A stretch of 32,000 nt of DNA from Ectothiorhodospiraceae bacterium (GTDB taxonomy: Bacteria; Pseudomonadota; Gammaproteobacteria; SZUA-152): the NCBI GenBank assembly GCA_002401775.2, contig NVUB02000039.1, positions 4,322 to 36,321 on the forward strand, written 5' to 3'. Within the stretch, counting starts at the first letter, position 1, and each line of letters opens with the position of its first letter. Positions 1 through 8,005 of this stretch are shown here, piece after piece. The translations under genes were made by a program, and so were the position numbers. The notes beneath the pieces were generated by a model. The model saw only the letters and a list, made by a program, of their open reading frames with translations, was not told the origin of the DNA and did no database searches.

Positions 1-368
1 ATGGTTGGTTGCTGGGCAAGCCCGAAAACTACAACCGCGAGCTGGCGATTTATGAAGAGGATCTGCTGGGTTTTGTGAAAGAGACGCAGGACGCTCAGTG
101 GCAGAAATTCTGTAAGCTCTACCCTAATGCCCCTGAAAAGAAATTCGTGGAACGTGTTGCCAGCCAGCTCAATAAAGCCGACCCGAATGCGGCTGATAAA
201 GAGCTGCGCACCTTTGGCACCCTGGGCGTATTACGCCACGAGCTGCGAGATCGCGGCACTCGCTTTAGTCTCTGCCAGTTCAAACCCGAGCATGGTCTGA
301 ACCCCGATACGCTGGCGCGGTATGCGAAGAACCGCCTGCGGGTAGTGCCGGAGTTGGTTTATTCGCCG
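1..368 (+). pseudogene. hsdR: Type I restriction enzyme R subunit (HsdR) N-terminal fragment. The 5' end lies outside the window and the gene is truncated internally.
   Basis: The frame-3 translation GWLLGKPENYNRELAIYEEDLLGFVKETQ...FGTLGVLRHELRDRGTRFSLCQFKPEHGLNPDTLARYAKNRLRVVPELVYSP matches my memory of the region preceding the nuclease/helicase core of type I HsdR proteins. Similarity stops near 368, where the frame runs into Pro/Ser low-complexity text. No helicase motifs follow. Confidence 0.55.
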
Positions 369-438
369 TGGACTTCTCGCACGTCACAATCTATCCCCTC
401 AGCCCAATTTTCCCCCTCACCCCGGCCCTCTCCCCAGG

Positions 439-727
439 GTGGTGATGGAGTTGCTGACCTTCGGCCAACTCTCAACGATTTATGATCGCATGGCGAATGC
501 TGCCGACCAAAAGGCGATTGCCCGCCAGTTTGGTACGCAGGTGGAGTTATTGCGCTCGTGGCTGCAAACGCTTTCTTACTGTGCGTAATGTTTGTGCGCA
601 TCATTCACGCTTATGGAATCGTGAACTGGGCAATGCGCCTAAAGCGCCAAAAAAGAAACCGGAGAATTGGGTTGCCATGCCGATTGTGGTGGCTGACACA
701 AATATCAGGCCGCACCTAAGACTTTAA
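439..727 (+). pseudogene. Abi_2 (AbiD/AbiF-like abortive infection) family fragment, truncated at both ends and carrying a +1 frameshift near 580
   Basis: Frame 1 reads VVMELLTFGQLSTIYDRMANAADQKAIARQFGTQVELLRSWLQTLSY and then hits a stop at 586-588. Frame 2 continues with VRNVCAHHSRLWNRELGNAPKAP. Together these give the conserved FG.Ls..Y ... swL..l..vRN.cAHH.RlWNr core of Abi_2. Only about 95 codons of a typically ~300-aa protein are present. Confidence 0.6.
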
Positions 728-748
728 TTTAGTATTAGTCATCATTGA

Positions 749-785
749 GTTTTTATTACTTGGTTTGGGTGTCCGGATAAAGACC
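749..785. repeat. Partial copy (right end only) of the GACACCCA-core interspersed element
   Basis: The 25-mer gtttttattacttggtttgggtgtc at 749-773 is identical to 16109-16133. The following cggataaagacc versus tggattagagcc matches at 9 of 12 positions. Confidence 0.8.
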
Positions 786-868
786 GGGAAAAGCTCGACG
801 ATTACCATCGTCGTACGGGTATCCAGTAATTCTGATATTGATTTAATTTTTTAGACTGTCCTTTAATC

Positions 869-901
869 AAAGCTATCCGCAATATTGCGGATAGCTTTTT
901 A
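869..901 (+). terminator. Perfect palindromic hairpin followed by a T-run (intrinsic-terminator-like)
   Basis: aaagctatccgcaat/attgcggatagcttt is a perfect 30-bp palindrome followed by tttattatt. It sits downstream of the decayed hsdR/abi remnants. Confidence 0.5.
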
Positions 902-1060
902 TTATTAGTCGGTGCATTAAGTACTGGCACTACCCGCCAAAAACTTTATTGATTTCGTAGTAGGGGTGGGGCGCAAACGGGTGTCAAATGGAGCAAAGTG
1001 ATCTGCTGTAGCATTGTAGCAATTGTCGTTTAAATAACTATCGTATGGTATATTGAAGAA

Positions 1061-1234
1061 CGACTTTTACACGAATGGCACTTAAATAAGGTTTTTCACG
1101 TCATTCCGCAGTATTTTAGCCGGAGTCCATGCGCTCTAAGGCTTGGATTCCGGCTAAAAAAATACCGGAATGACGAAAAATTTATCCATTTTACAGTACT
1201 TGCTGCTTATTTAAGTGCCATTCGACTTTTACAC
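1061..1234. mobile_element. 151-bp MITE-like element (1073-1223) with perfect 18-bp terminal inverted repeats and 11-bp flanking direct repeats
   Basis: The left TIR gaatggcacttaaataag (1073-1090) is the exact reverse complement of cttatttaagtgccattc (1206-1223). The flanking sequence gacttttacac occurs at both 1062-1072 and 1224-1234. A nested inverted repeat pairs cgtcattccg (1099-1108) with cggaatgacg (1166-1175). The element has no coding capacity. Confidence 0.8.
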
Positions 1235-1272
1235 CATTTTGATTGTTCCATCCCAAATCTCATGGAGTGAGT

Positions 1273-2262
1273 ATGCGGCGTTTTATTACCTTTTCTTTTT
1301 TTGGACTACTGGCAGTTTCCAGTATTGCCTATGCTGTCATTTCCTCTATCGACTCTTCTGCTAAAACCTTTGTGACTTGGGATAGCCTGGAACCGGATAA
1401 ATGGTCCTCTATCTGGCTAATCAAGCACCATATTGACCCAGCAGCCGTTGTCGAAGTCTACCCAACCGGTGATCCGCTGGATAGTGGCATTGCTTTTGGT
1501 GTTCCCGAGGCTGTGTACAAACGCTCCGGGAGACAATCTACCTTTGAAAGTTTGCTTCTCGGGTTCAATCAGCAAGACCCTGTTCTTAAAAAATTAGGCA
1601 GCATTATTACCGCAATAGAAACGACCTCATGGAATTCAGCTAATGACCCACTGACGCATACGGTTGAGCAAAATTTCCGTCGATTGCAGGATCGTTATGG
1701 GCGAGCGTATGTCCCCATTAGCTGCTACGGGAATTTTTTTGATGTACTTTACACGGGCTTATCGGTCTCTTCTGGATACAGCGAGTTAAATCAATCCCTA
1801 AGTTTGGCGGTCAGTCATCAAGCCTGTACTGAAGGCCCCAACATGGCAGAGCGTAAACAGGCCAATCGGGTCGCAGAAATTTCTATTGATCAATTGTTAT
1901 CCGAAATCGCCCTTGATAAAAACGTGGTCTTTGTCGATACCCGTGAACCGGCAGAGTTTGCTAAATCACATATTCCCGGCGCGATTAATATCCCGATGCG
2001 TGATTTGAATGCATCGGTTTACGATCAATTAAAACAAGCAGATCGCGTGATCAGCTATTGCGTGAAAGATTTTCGTGGTTATGAAGTTGCGCGAAAAATG
2101 CTCGACAATGGTGTGAGTAACGTGGCGGTGATGAAACCTCACGGTTTATCCGGCTGGCAGTCTTCAGGGTTACCGATGACATCTGCTGCACTACCGGAAG
2201 CCTCTGCCCAGAACCAATTAGCCCGCTGTGCCAAGGTTCAGCAATTATGCAAAGCCTTGTAA
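1273..2262 (+). CDS. Exported ChrB C-terminal-like (Chrome_Resist) domain fused to a rhodanese domain
   Basis: GGAG lies 7 nt upstream of ATG 1273. The signal peptide is MRRFITFSFFGLLAVSSIAYA. WSSIWLIKHHIDPAAVV...STFESLLLGFNQQDPVLKKLGSIITAIE resembles the Chrome_Resist consensus (aWLIrRfIDP...TFE.ll..f...dp.L..la.iv..iD). The C-terminal VVFVDTREPAEFAKSHIPGAINIP...ISYCVKDFRG is rhodanese-like with a catalytic-loop Cys. The ORF track starts at an upstream TTG (1243). Confidence 0.7.
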   Translation: MRRFITFSFFGLLAVSSIAYAVISSIDSSAKTFVTWDSLEPDKWSSIWLIKHHIDPAAVVEVYPTGDPLDSGIAFGVPEAVYKRSGRQSTFESLLLGFNQQDPVLKKLGSIITAIETTSWNSANDPLTHTVEQNFRRLQDRYGRAYVPISCYGNFFDVLYTGLSVSSGYSELNQSLSLAVSHQACTEGPNMAERKQANRVAEISIDQLLSEIALDKNVVFVDTREPAEFAKSHIPGAINIPMRDLNASVYDQLKQADRVISYCVKDFRGYEVARKMLDNGVSNVAVMKPHGLSGWQSSGLPMTSAALPEASAQNQLARCAKVQQLCKAL

Positions 2263-2300
2263 AAATATTCTAGCCTTCGCTATCACTTTCATCTAAGTCT

Positions 2301-2927
2301 GTGACCGCAATGCTATGGCCAGTGATCTTTATTCTGCCCTTTACTTTGTGGCATTTTACCTCGGATGTCGTTAGTTATTTTCGCTATGGTGCCCCCGCAG
2401 GGCAACTTTGGTATGTGTTCTCTAAATTATTTGCACTCTATGCGGTATTACTGCTTTGGTACCAAGGGCTTTCTACCTTATTAAAAGACACGCATTACTC
2501 CACGCTATTTTCTACGTGGGGCTTCTTACGACATCGCATAATTGGGTGTCTAACGCTTCTTCTTATTGTGTCTCATATTGTTTGCTTTGTAACAGCCGTT
2601 TCTCTACGTAAGGAAACGTTTGCTTGGGGATTATTACTGCCGGACTTTCAGGATTTTTACCATATGGCCATTAGCATTGGATTGTTTGGTTTTTTTACTT
2701 TATTGATTGCGATCAGTGCAGCCTTGTTGCGAGAACGCTTTCCAAGCGTTTGGAAAATGACTCACCGCAGCATGATCCTTGTGGTGGGTTTAGGTTTAGT
2801 CCACGGCTATTTAATTGGTACGGAAACACGCTATGGTCTTTATGAAATTTTTTATTGTGCTTTAATAGTGACGTTGTTAATAGCACTGCTGTTGCGTTGG
2901 CAAGTTATCAAGAGCAAAAGCATATGA
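2301..2927 (+). CDS. Ferric-reductase-like (YedZ/MsrQ-type) transmembrane protein, probably di-heme b
   Basis: There are about six hydrophobic helices. Two His pairs are spaced as in the Ferric_reduct domain: RHRIIGCLTLLLIVSHI and THRSMILVVGLGLVHGY. The start could be GTG 2301 or ATG 2310. Confidence 0.55.
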   Translation: MTAMLWPVIFILPFTLWHFTSDVVSYFRYGAPAGQLWYVFSKLFALYAVLLLWYQGLSTLLKDTHYSTLFSTWGFLRHRIIGCLTLLLIVSHIVCFVTAVSLRKETFAWGLLLPDFQDFYHMAISIGLFGFFTLLIAISAALLRERFPSVWKMTHRSMILVVGLGLVHGYLIGTETRYGLYEIFYCALIVTLLIALLLRWQVIKSKSI

Positions 2928-3811
2928 TGCGATTACCTGTTCTCCTGCTTTTTTCTGTTTTGCTTGCCTCACCGACAAGTGCCAATCAAGCTGACTGTGA
3001 TCAATGGCCGAAAGGCTTGGTTTTTGTTGGGCTGACTGATGAGGCTTGGCAAACCTATGTGGTCAAAAAAACAGGACAACAACCTAAAAAACTGGCAATC
3101 AACACCGAAGTGAGAACGCCAGTACTGTCTTCTAAAGACAATACACTATTTTATATTGATGATGCCGCACAAGTCAGCGCTTTTTCACTAAAAGAGAAAA
3201 AAACAAACGTATTACTGCCTCCCTCAAAAGAGGCTAGCTACGCACAACCGGAAATAGATGAAAAGAATAATGCGCTTTATGTGGTGCAGCTAAAACAAGG
3301 TAAAAGTGTTGATACCGATATTTTACGACTAGATCTTGCTAATCAAACCACAACACCATTGATTATCCAACGCTCTGCACAATTTGAACCCAAGCTATCA
3401 GCCCCTTGGCTGTATTACAGCAATGTCCACTGTGTGTTAGGCTGTGGCAAAATCATTCAGGAAATCTGGCGTTATCACATAGCGAGCGGAAATGCTGAAC
3501 AAATCACCTTACTTAATACCATCAGTCGTCAGCCTGCCGTCGATACCAATAATCAATGGCTTTATTTCAGTAGCAATGCAGCGGGTAACTACCATATTTA
3601 TCGTCAATCTCTGGCACAGAAAAATTCGCCCGTAGAACAACTGACGGATGGCGCTGTAACCGATATGTCGCCAGCCATTGTTGATGAGCGACTTTATTTT
3701 ATTCGCCAACAGGCGAAAAACGCGGCGCTAATGTGCCGCACTAAAAACGGTGAATTACACACCTTGCCTTTACCTGAAGGCGTCACACAATTACGAGACT
3801 TGGAGATTTAG
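2924..3811 (+). CDS. Exported TolB-like (PD40/WD40-like) beta-propeller protein
   Basis: ATG 2924 overlaps the upstream stop in an ATGA arrangement. The signal peptide is MMRLPVLLLFSVLLASPTSA. Recurring strand motifs of the PD40 type are present (LFYIDD, LYVVQL, WLYYSN, WLYFSSNAAGNYHIYR, LYFIRQ). The ORF track begins at 2855 inside the upstream gene. Confidence 0.6.
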   Translation: MMRLPVLLLFSVLLASPTSANQADCDQWPKGLVFVGLTDEAWQTYVVKKTGQQPKKLAINTEVRTPVLSSKDNTLFYIDDAAQVSAFSLKEKKTNVLLPPSKEASYAQPEIDEKNNALYVVQLKQGKSVDTDILRLDLANQTTTPLIIQRSAQFEPKLSAPWLYYSNVHCVLGCGKIIQEIWRYHIASGNAEQITLLNTISRQPAVDTNNQWLYFSSNAAGNYHIYRQSLAQKNSPVEQLTDGAVTDMSPAIVDERLYFIRQQAKNAALMCRTKNGELHTLPLPEGVTQLRDLEI

Positions 3812-3814
3812 CGC

Positions 3815-4906
3815 GTGAAGGATTGCAGTGCCATAATAGTGACTACGATAGTTGGATTATTCACAAGCTTATCGGTCAACGCTGCTGTGAGTATTCAACC
3901 CTATAATGCACAGGAATTTAACCCGGCCGCCGGTAAAACCATTGAAATACCCATTAAAATTGATCAGCCTGGAAAGTTAAGTGTTTCAATTTACACAGCC
4001 GATGGTGATTTAGCCCGTACATTATCGACGAGTAAAAAAGAAAAAGTAGGCATCCATAAAATAAAATGGGACGGTAAAGACAATAATAAAACCATTGTGC
4101 CTAACGAAGCTTATATTCCGGTTGTGACGTTGACAACGGATAAAACAAGCCACACCTATGATCCTCGACAAATCAGTGGCGGCGAAGAAATTAAAATCAA
4201 TCCGCAGCTCAATACGGAAGGACAGATTGTTTTTCAATTGGGTAAACCGGCTCGTGTGCTTGCGCGAGCGGGCGTGAAGTCTGGCCCCCTGATGAAAACC
4301 ATCCTCAACTGGGAAGTCAGAGGAAAAGGCCGCAATGTGGTGTTTTGGAACGGCTATGATCACGATAACCTGATGAAACTCACCGGCAGTGATCACCTCG
4401 CTTTATTAGTGACAGGCTTTGAACTACCCAGACATACTATTTTAACCGTGGGCAATAAAAAACTGACATATAACAGGTGGCGCGAAAACAATCAGTGGGC
4501 TTCCAGTATGCCTGATTTAAGCAAAGTGGCCTTTGAGCGCGAGGGACGCCGCTTATCTCGCCACTACTATTTGCCTCGTTCCGTAGACATAGCACCCCGT
4601 ATTACCTTAGAAATTGTCGATAAGTTACCTAAGAATAAAGAGGGGCTGCCTATTGTCTCTGGCCCCATTGCCTTAAAAGTGGGTATGCACGACGAAGACC
4701 GTTGGGCCATGCAACAAAGTCTCTATGAGGTCGCGTTCTTTGCCAATAATGAGTTTTTATCGGAAGAAGAGCAGGGTTATGTACCGCTCACTTGGCGATG
4801 GAATCCGGTGGGACTCAAGCCCGGCATCCATTTAGTGACCGTGAATGTCTCCGGGTTTAATGGCCAGGTGGGCGTAAAAAGTTTACAGATTGAAATACCA
4901 AACTAA
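3815..4906 (+). CDS. Exported protein with a FlgD-Ig-like domain or domains
   Basis: The GTG start lies 4 nt after the upstream stop. The signal peptide ends LSVNA. LSVSIYTADGDLARTLSTSKKEKVGIHKIKWDGKDNNKTIVPNEAYIPVV fits the FlgD_ig pattern (I.d..G..v.tl....G.h...WDGkd..G..vp.g.Y). A second, weaker unit is present (NVVFWNGYDHDN). Confidence 0.65.
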   Translation: MKDCSAIIVTTIVGLFTSLSVNAAVSIQPYNAQEFNPAAGKTIEIPIKIDQPGKLSVSIYTADGDLARTLSTSKKEKVGIHKIKWDGKDNNKTIVPNEAYIPVVTLTTDKTSHTYDPRQISGGEEIKINPQLNTEGQIVFQLGKPARVLARAGVKSGPLMKTILNWEVRGKGRNVVFWNGYDHDNLMKLTGSDHLALLVTGFELPRHTILTVGNKKLTYNRWRENNQWASSMPDLSKVAFEREGRRLSRHYYLPRSVDIAPRITLEIVDKLPKNKEGLPIVSGPIALKVGMHDEDRWAMQQSLYEVAFFANNEFLSEEEQGYVPLTWRWNPVGLKPGIHLVTVNVSGFNGQVGVKSLQIEIPN

Positions 4907-4981
4907 GTCGGCATAGAGATGCTTATATTTTCAGTTTCTCGCGTTTGTGCCATCGAAACACGATATATAAAATAGACAAGG

Positions 4982-7567
4982 GTGAATCCAATGAATGGAA
5001 CCAACGGGCGTTTTGAGGGCCAACCTTATCAACTCCGTTTATTATGGCTCGTGCTAGTGATGGGATTGTTATTCACAGCCACATCGGCGCACGCCTCCTG
5101 GTGGAACCCTCGGTTCGATGTCACCATTGAAACCGCGACCAATGGTATGGATGCGGACTCCCCCACGGGGCCTGAAATTTTACTCGGTGCTCCCATTATC
5201 TGGACCTACACTATCACCAATACGGGTAGAAAAACGTTACACAAAGTTGATGTATTTGATCGAATGCCCAACCCTGATGGTGGTTGGTTTCGCCAACATA
5301 CCGAAGTCTGTACGATCAGAAACCTCAAAAAAGGTGAAAGCCAAAGTTGTACTTTAGAAGGTACCGCAAAACAAGGTCAATTTAAAAATACTGGCATTGC
5401 CCTGGCCTACGGCAAACGCTGGTGGCAGTTTGATCGCGACACCGACAATAGCCATTACCTTGGAACCTTGGGCAATCCTGCGATTGATCTGGAAAAAACC
5501 ACACAAGGCCAGGACGCAGATGCAGCGCCGGGGCCAGAACTGAATGTTGGCGAAGCGGTTAACTGGGTGTTGACGGTGACCAATACCGGTGATGTCGATT
5601 TATCCAATATCGTTGTTACTGATGAACAAGTCCTGCCCGTGACAACAGCAGCAACGATCGTTTGTGAAATCGTTACCTTATCAGTAGGACAATCTCAAAC
5701 CTGTAATGCCTCAGGTATAGCCATTGAAGGCCAATATCAAAACCTCGGTAAAGCCAGTGCACAGGGCCTGGGCGATAGTGTGGTGAGTGATCAAGATGCC
5801 AGCCATTATACTGGCATGGTCGGCAATGCTTTATCTTCACTGCCAACCGCCGTACCGACGCGCGGTGATGCTCCGCTCACTGTCACCTTTACGCCCAATG
5901 CCTCGACCAATAACGCGATTAGTCGTTATGAGTGGGATTTTGAAGGTGATGGCACTTATGATCGCAGTGAAACAGTCGGCCGTGATCAACGCTTTACTTA
6001 CAACACACCAGGAAACTATAACGCAACACTCAGAGTCACCGATAGCGAGGGCGAGCAAGCCACCGGTATTGTCGTGATTAGCGTGAATAACGAATCACCG
6101 CAAGTCTCAGTGACACTCAACCCATCTAATGGTCAGATTCCACTCACCGTTAACTTTGCTGCCACGGCGACTGATAGTGATGGCATTGCTCAGTTTGAAT
6201 GGGATTACGATGGTGATGGCACCTTTGATGAAACCACTACGACGGGTACTGCCGCCAATACCTACAGCACCGAAGGCGCTTTCCAGGCGCGTGTGCGTGT
6301 GACCGATAACTTAGGTGTGGAAACGACCTTGACTATCCCCACCCTAGAAGTGAACGCACTGGCTGTCGGTAGTCCGACGGTGGCCTTATCGGCATCACCG
6401 GTCCAAGGTAATTCGCCACTTGCGGTCACTTTGTCAGCCACCGCAACCGATCCCGATGGTGGCACCATTGAGCAATATGAGTGGGATACCGATGGTGACG
6501 GCACCTATGACCAAACCACCACCACAGCCACACTGCAAACCACCTATAACGGGATTGGCACTTTTTACCCTCGCGTCAGAGTCACGGATTCAGATAGTCA
6601 GCAAGCCGAAGATGTGGCGCAAGTCTTTGTTGAGCCACAGCTAAACCTGAGCGTTAGCATCGACACTATTGATCCTTCCAATAGTGAAACGGCGATGGTT
6701 TCCACCACACTCGGTGGTGATACTGAGGTCAGTGTGGTGATCGAAGATCGTAACGCCCAGCAAGTCCGTACTTTGGTGCCCTTCGGCACAAGAACGGCGG
6801 GCAGCTACGACGATACCTGGGATGGCACTAATGACGCCGGTGAGATTGTTTCCGAAGGGGATTACCGTGTCATTCTGCTCTATCGCCTCGATGGCGTGGT
6901 TGAACGCTTGGATTTGGCCTTAACCACCGGCGGCGTTCAGCGCAATCCGCCGCGCAGTAGAATCCCCTCCAGTTTCTCACCGCTGGCGGGCGACCCCCTG
7001 GATATTACCTTTACCCTTAATCGTGCCTCAGAAGTCACCGCCTTTATGGGTTTATTTAATGTCAATACGCGACTAATTACCTTTATGCAACGGCAACCTT
7101 TAGGGCGTGGCGCTCATATCGTGACCTGGAACGGCGAAAACTCAGAAGGTCAATTAATCGATGCCGGTAATGATCGCTTCCTTTTCGGTATCTTTGCTTA
7201 CACCTTGCCGGATAATGCAATCTATGTGCGCAGTGGAGTGCATGTGAGTAGCGTTATCGCAACCCCCTCGATTTTCCAGCCGACACAGCTAACACCCGAT
7301 GGTTCGCCCAGTGTCAGCAACATCAATGTTGAACTGAATCGCGCGGGCGATGTAAAACTCACGATTAACGATACCGAAAGCGGGGCCACCGTTGCCGAGT
7401 TTGACTACACCGGCCAGGCCGAAGGTACTAATACCATCACCTGGGATGGCCGTGATAATGACGGCAATTACGTTGCCGCAGGCACCTACCGTTTGGGCAT
7501 TTCGGGTGTCGATAGCACTGGCTACCAGTCCTTAACCGTTTATGCGCTACAGCGCGTCTTTTACTAG
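4982..7567 (+). CDS. Large exported multi-beta-sandwich protein: 2 DUF11-like repeats, 3 PKD domains and about 4 FlgD-Ig-like domains
   Basis: The signal peptide is LLWLVLVMGLLFTATSAHA. The DUF11-like units include GPEILLGAPIIWTYTITNTGRKTL and GPELNVGEAVNWVLTVTNTGDVDL. The three PKD units are PLTVTFTPNAS..YEWDFEGDGTYD, PLTVNFAATATDSDG..FEWDYDGDGTFD and PLAVTLSATATDPDG..YEWDTDGDGTYD. The FlgD-Ig-like units include WDGTNDAGEIVSEGDYRV, VTWNGENSEGQ and ITWDGRDNDGNYVAAGTYRL. ATG 4991 is an alternative start. Confidence 0.8.
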   Translation: MNPMNGTNGRFEGQPYQLRLLWLVLVMGLLFTATSAHASWWNPRFDVTIETATNGMDADSPTGPEILLGAPIIWTYTITNTGRKTLHKVDVFDRMPNPDGGWFRQHTEVCTIRNLKKGESQSCTLEGTAKQGQFKNTGIALAYGKRWWQFDRDTDNSHYLGTLGNPAIDLEKTTQGQDADAAPGPELNVGEAVNWVLTVTNTGDVDLSNIVVTDEQVLPVTTAATIVCEIVTLSVGQSQTCNASGIAIEGQYQNLGKASAQGLGDSVVSDQDASHYTGMVGNALSSLPTAVPTRGDAPLTVTFTPNASTNNAISRYEWDFEGDGTYDRSETVGRDQRFTYNTPGNYNATLRVTDSEGEQATGIVVISVNNESPQVSVTLNPSNGQIPLTVNFAATATDSDGIAQFEWDYDGDGTFDETTTTGTAANTYSTEGAFQARVRVTDNLGVETTLTIPTLEVNALAVGSPTVALSASPVQGNSPLAVTLSATATDPDGGTIEQYEWDTDGDGTYDQTTTTATLQTTYNGIGTFYPRVRVTDSDSQQAEDVAQVFVEPQLNLSVSIDTIDPSNSETAMVSTTLGGDTEVSVVIEDRNAQQVRTLVPFGTRTAGSYDDTWDGTNDAGEIVSEGDYRVILLYRLDGVVERLDLALTTGGVQRNPPRSRIPSSFSPLAGDPLDITFTLNRASEVTAFMGLFNVNTRLITFMQRQPLGRGAHIVTWNGENSEGQLIDAGNDRFLFGIFAYTLPDNAIYVRSGVHVSSVIATPSIFQPTQLTPDGSPSVSNINVELNRAGDVKLTINDTESGATVAEFDYTGQAEGTNTITWDGRDNDGNYVAAGTYRLGISGVDSTGYQSLTVYALQRVFY

Positions 7568-7577
7568 GGAGACGAAC

Positions 7578-7991
7578 ATGTTAATCAAAAAACACCTATT
7601 CAACACCGTAAAAGTCGCTGCGGTGATGACCTTATTATTCACCGCTTCATCGAGCTTCGCACAAGAGATGACGGCAGAACACTATATCTCAATGGATTTA
7701 CAAGCCCGGCAGTTAACACTAGAAGGCGTTAAAGACCGGTTATCGTTGTTGCAGTTCAATGCAGGGTTGGGTAGGCAGTTAGATCAAGATGCGGAGACTC
7801 AACAAGATGTTGGAGCGGTTTATCAACAGCACAACATGACGGCCTCCCGCGCGATAGCCTGGGCAACACAACATACGCAAGCCATTATCCAGTGGCTCAA
7901 AGAACATCCCGACCAGCAGGCCGAGTATGATCGTATTAGCCGTGAACTCGATGCCGTATCCACCCAAATTCAAGCACTGTCCAACCAGTAA
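7578..7991 (+). CDS. Small secreted protein of unknown function (137 aa), probably helical and Gln-rich
   Basis: GGGAGA lies 6 nt upstream of ATG 7578. The signal peptide is MLIKKHLFNTVKVAAVMTLLFTASSSFA. The gene sits 10 nt after the upstream stop and 14 nt before the RHS gene. I recognise no family. Confidence 0.6.
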   Translation: MLIKKHLFNTVKVAAVMTLLFTASSSFAQEMTAEHYISMDLQARQLTLEGVKDRLSLLQFNAGLGRQLDQDAETQQDVGAVYQQHNMTASRAIAWATQHTQAIIQWLKEHPDQQAEYDRISRELDAVSTQIQALSNQ

Positions 7992-8005
7992 CAGGGAGAT
8001 AGACC

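Noticed and set aside
9-485. The track ORF as a single intact 158-aa protein
   Set aside because: Only the first ~120 residues look like real HsdR-like protein. The tail (TSRTSQSIPSAQFSPSPRPSPQGG...) is read-through into a C-rich repeat-like junction, so I treat it as a truncated pseudogene.
5118-6644. Alternative-frame + and - ORFs nested in the PKD/FlgD-Ig gene (5118-5357, 5787-6077, 5837-6058, 6262-6504, 6420-6644)
   Set aside because: All lie within a long ORF with clear domain structure. They are frame artefacts of repetitive Thr/Gly/Asp-rich coding sequence.
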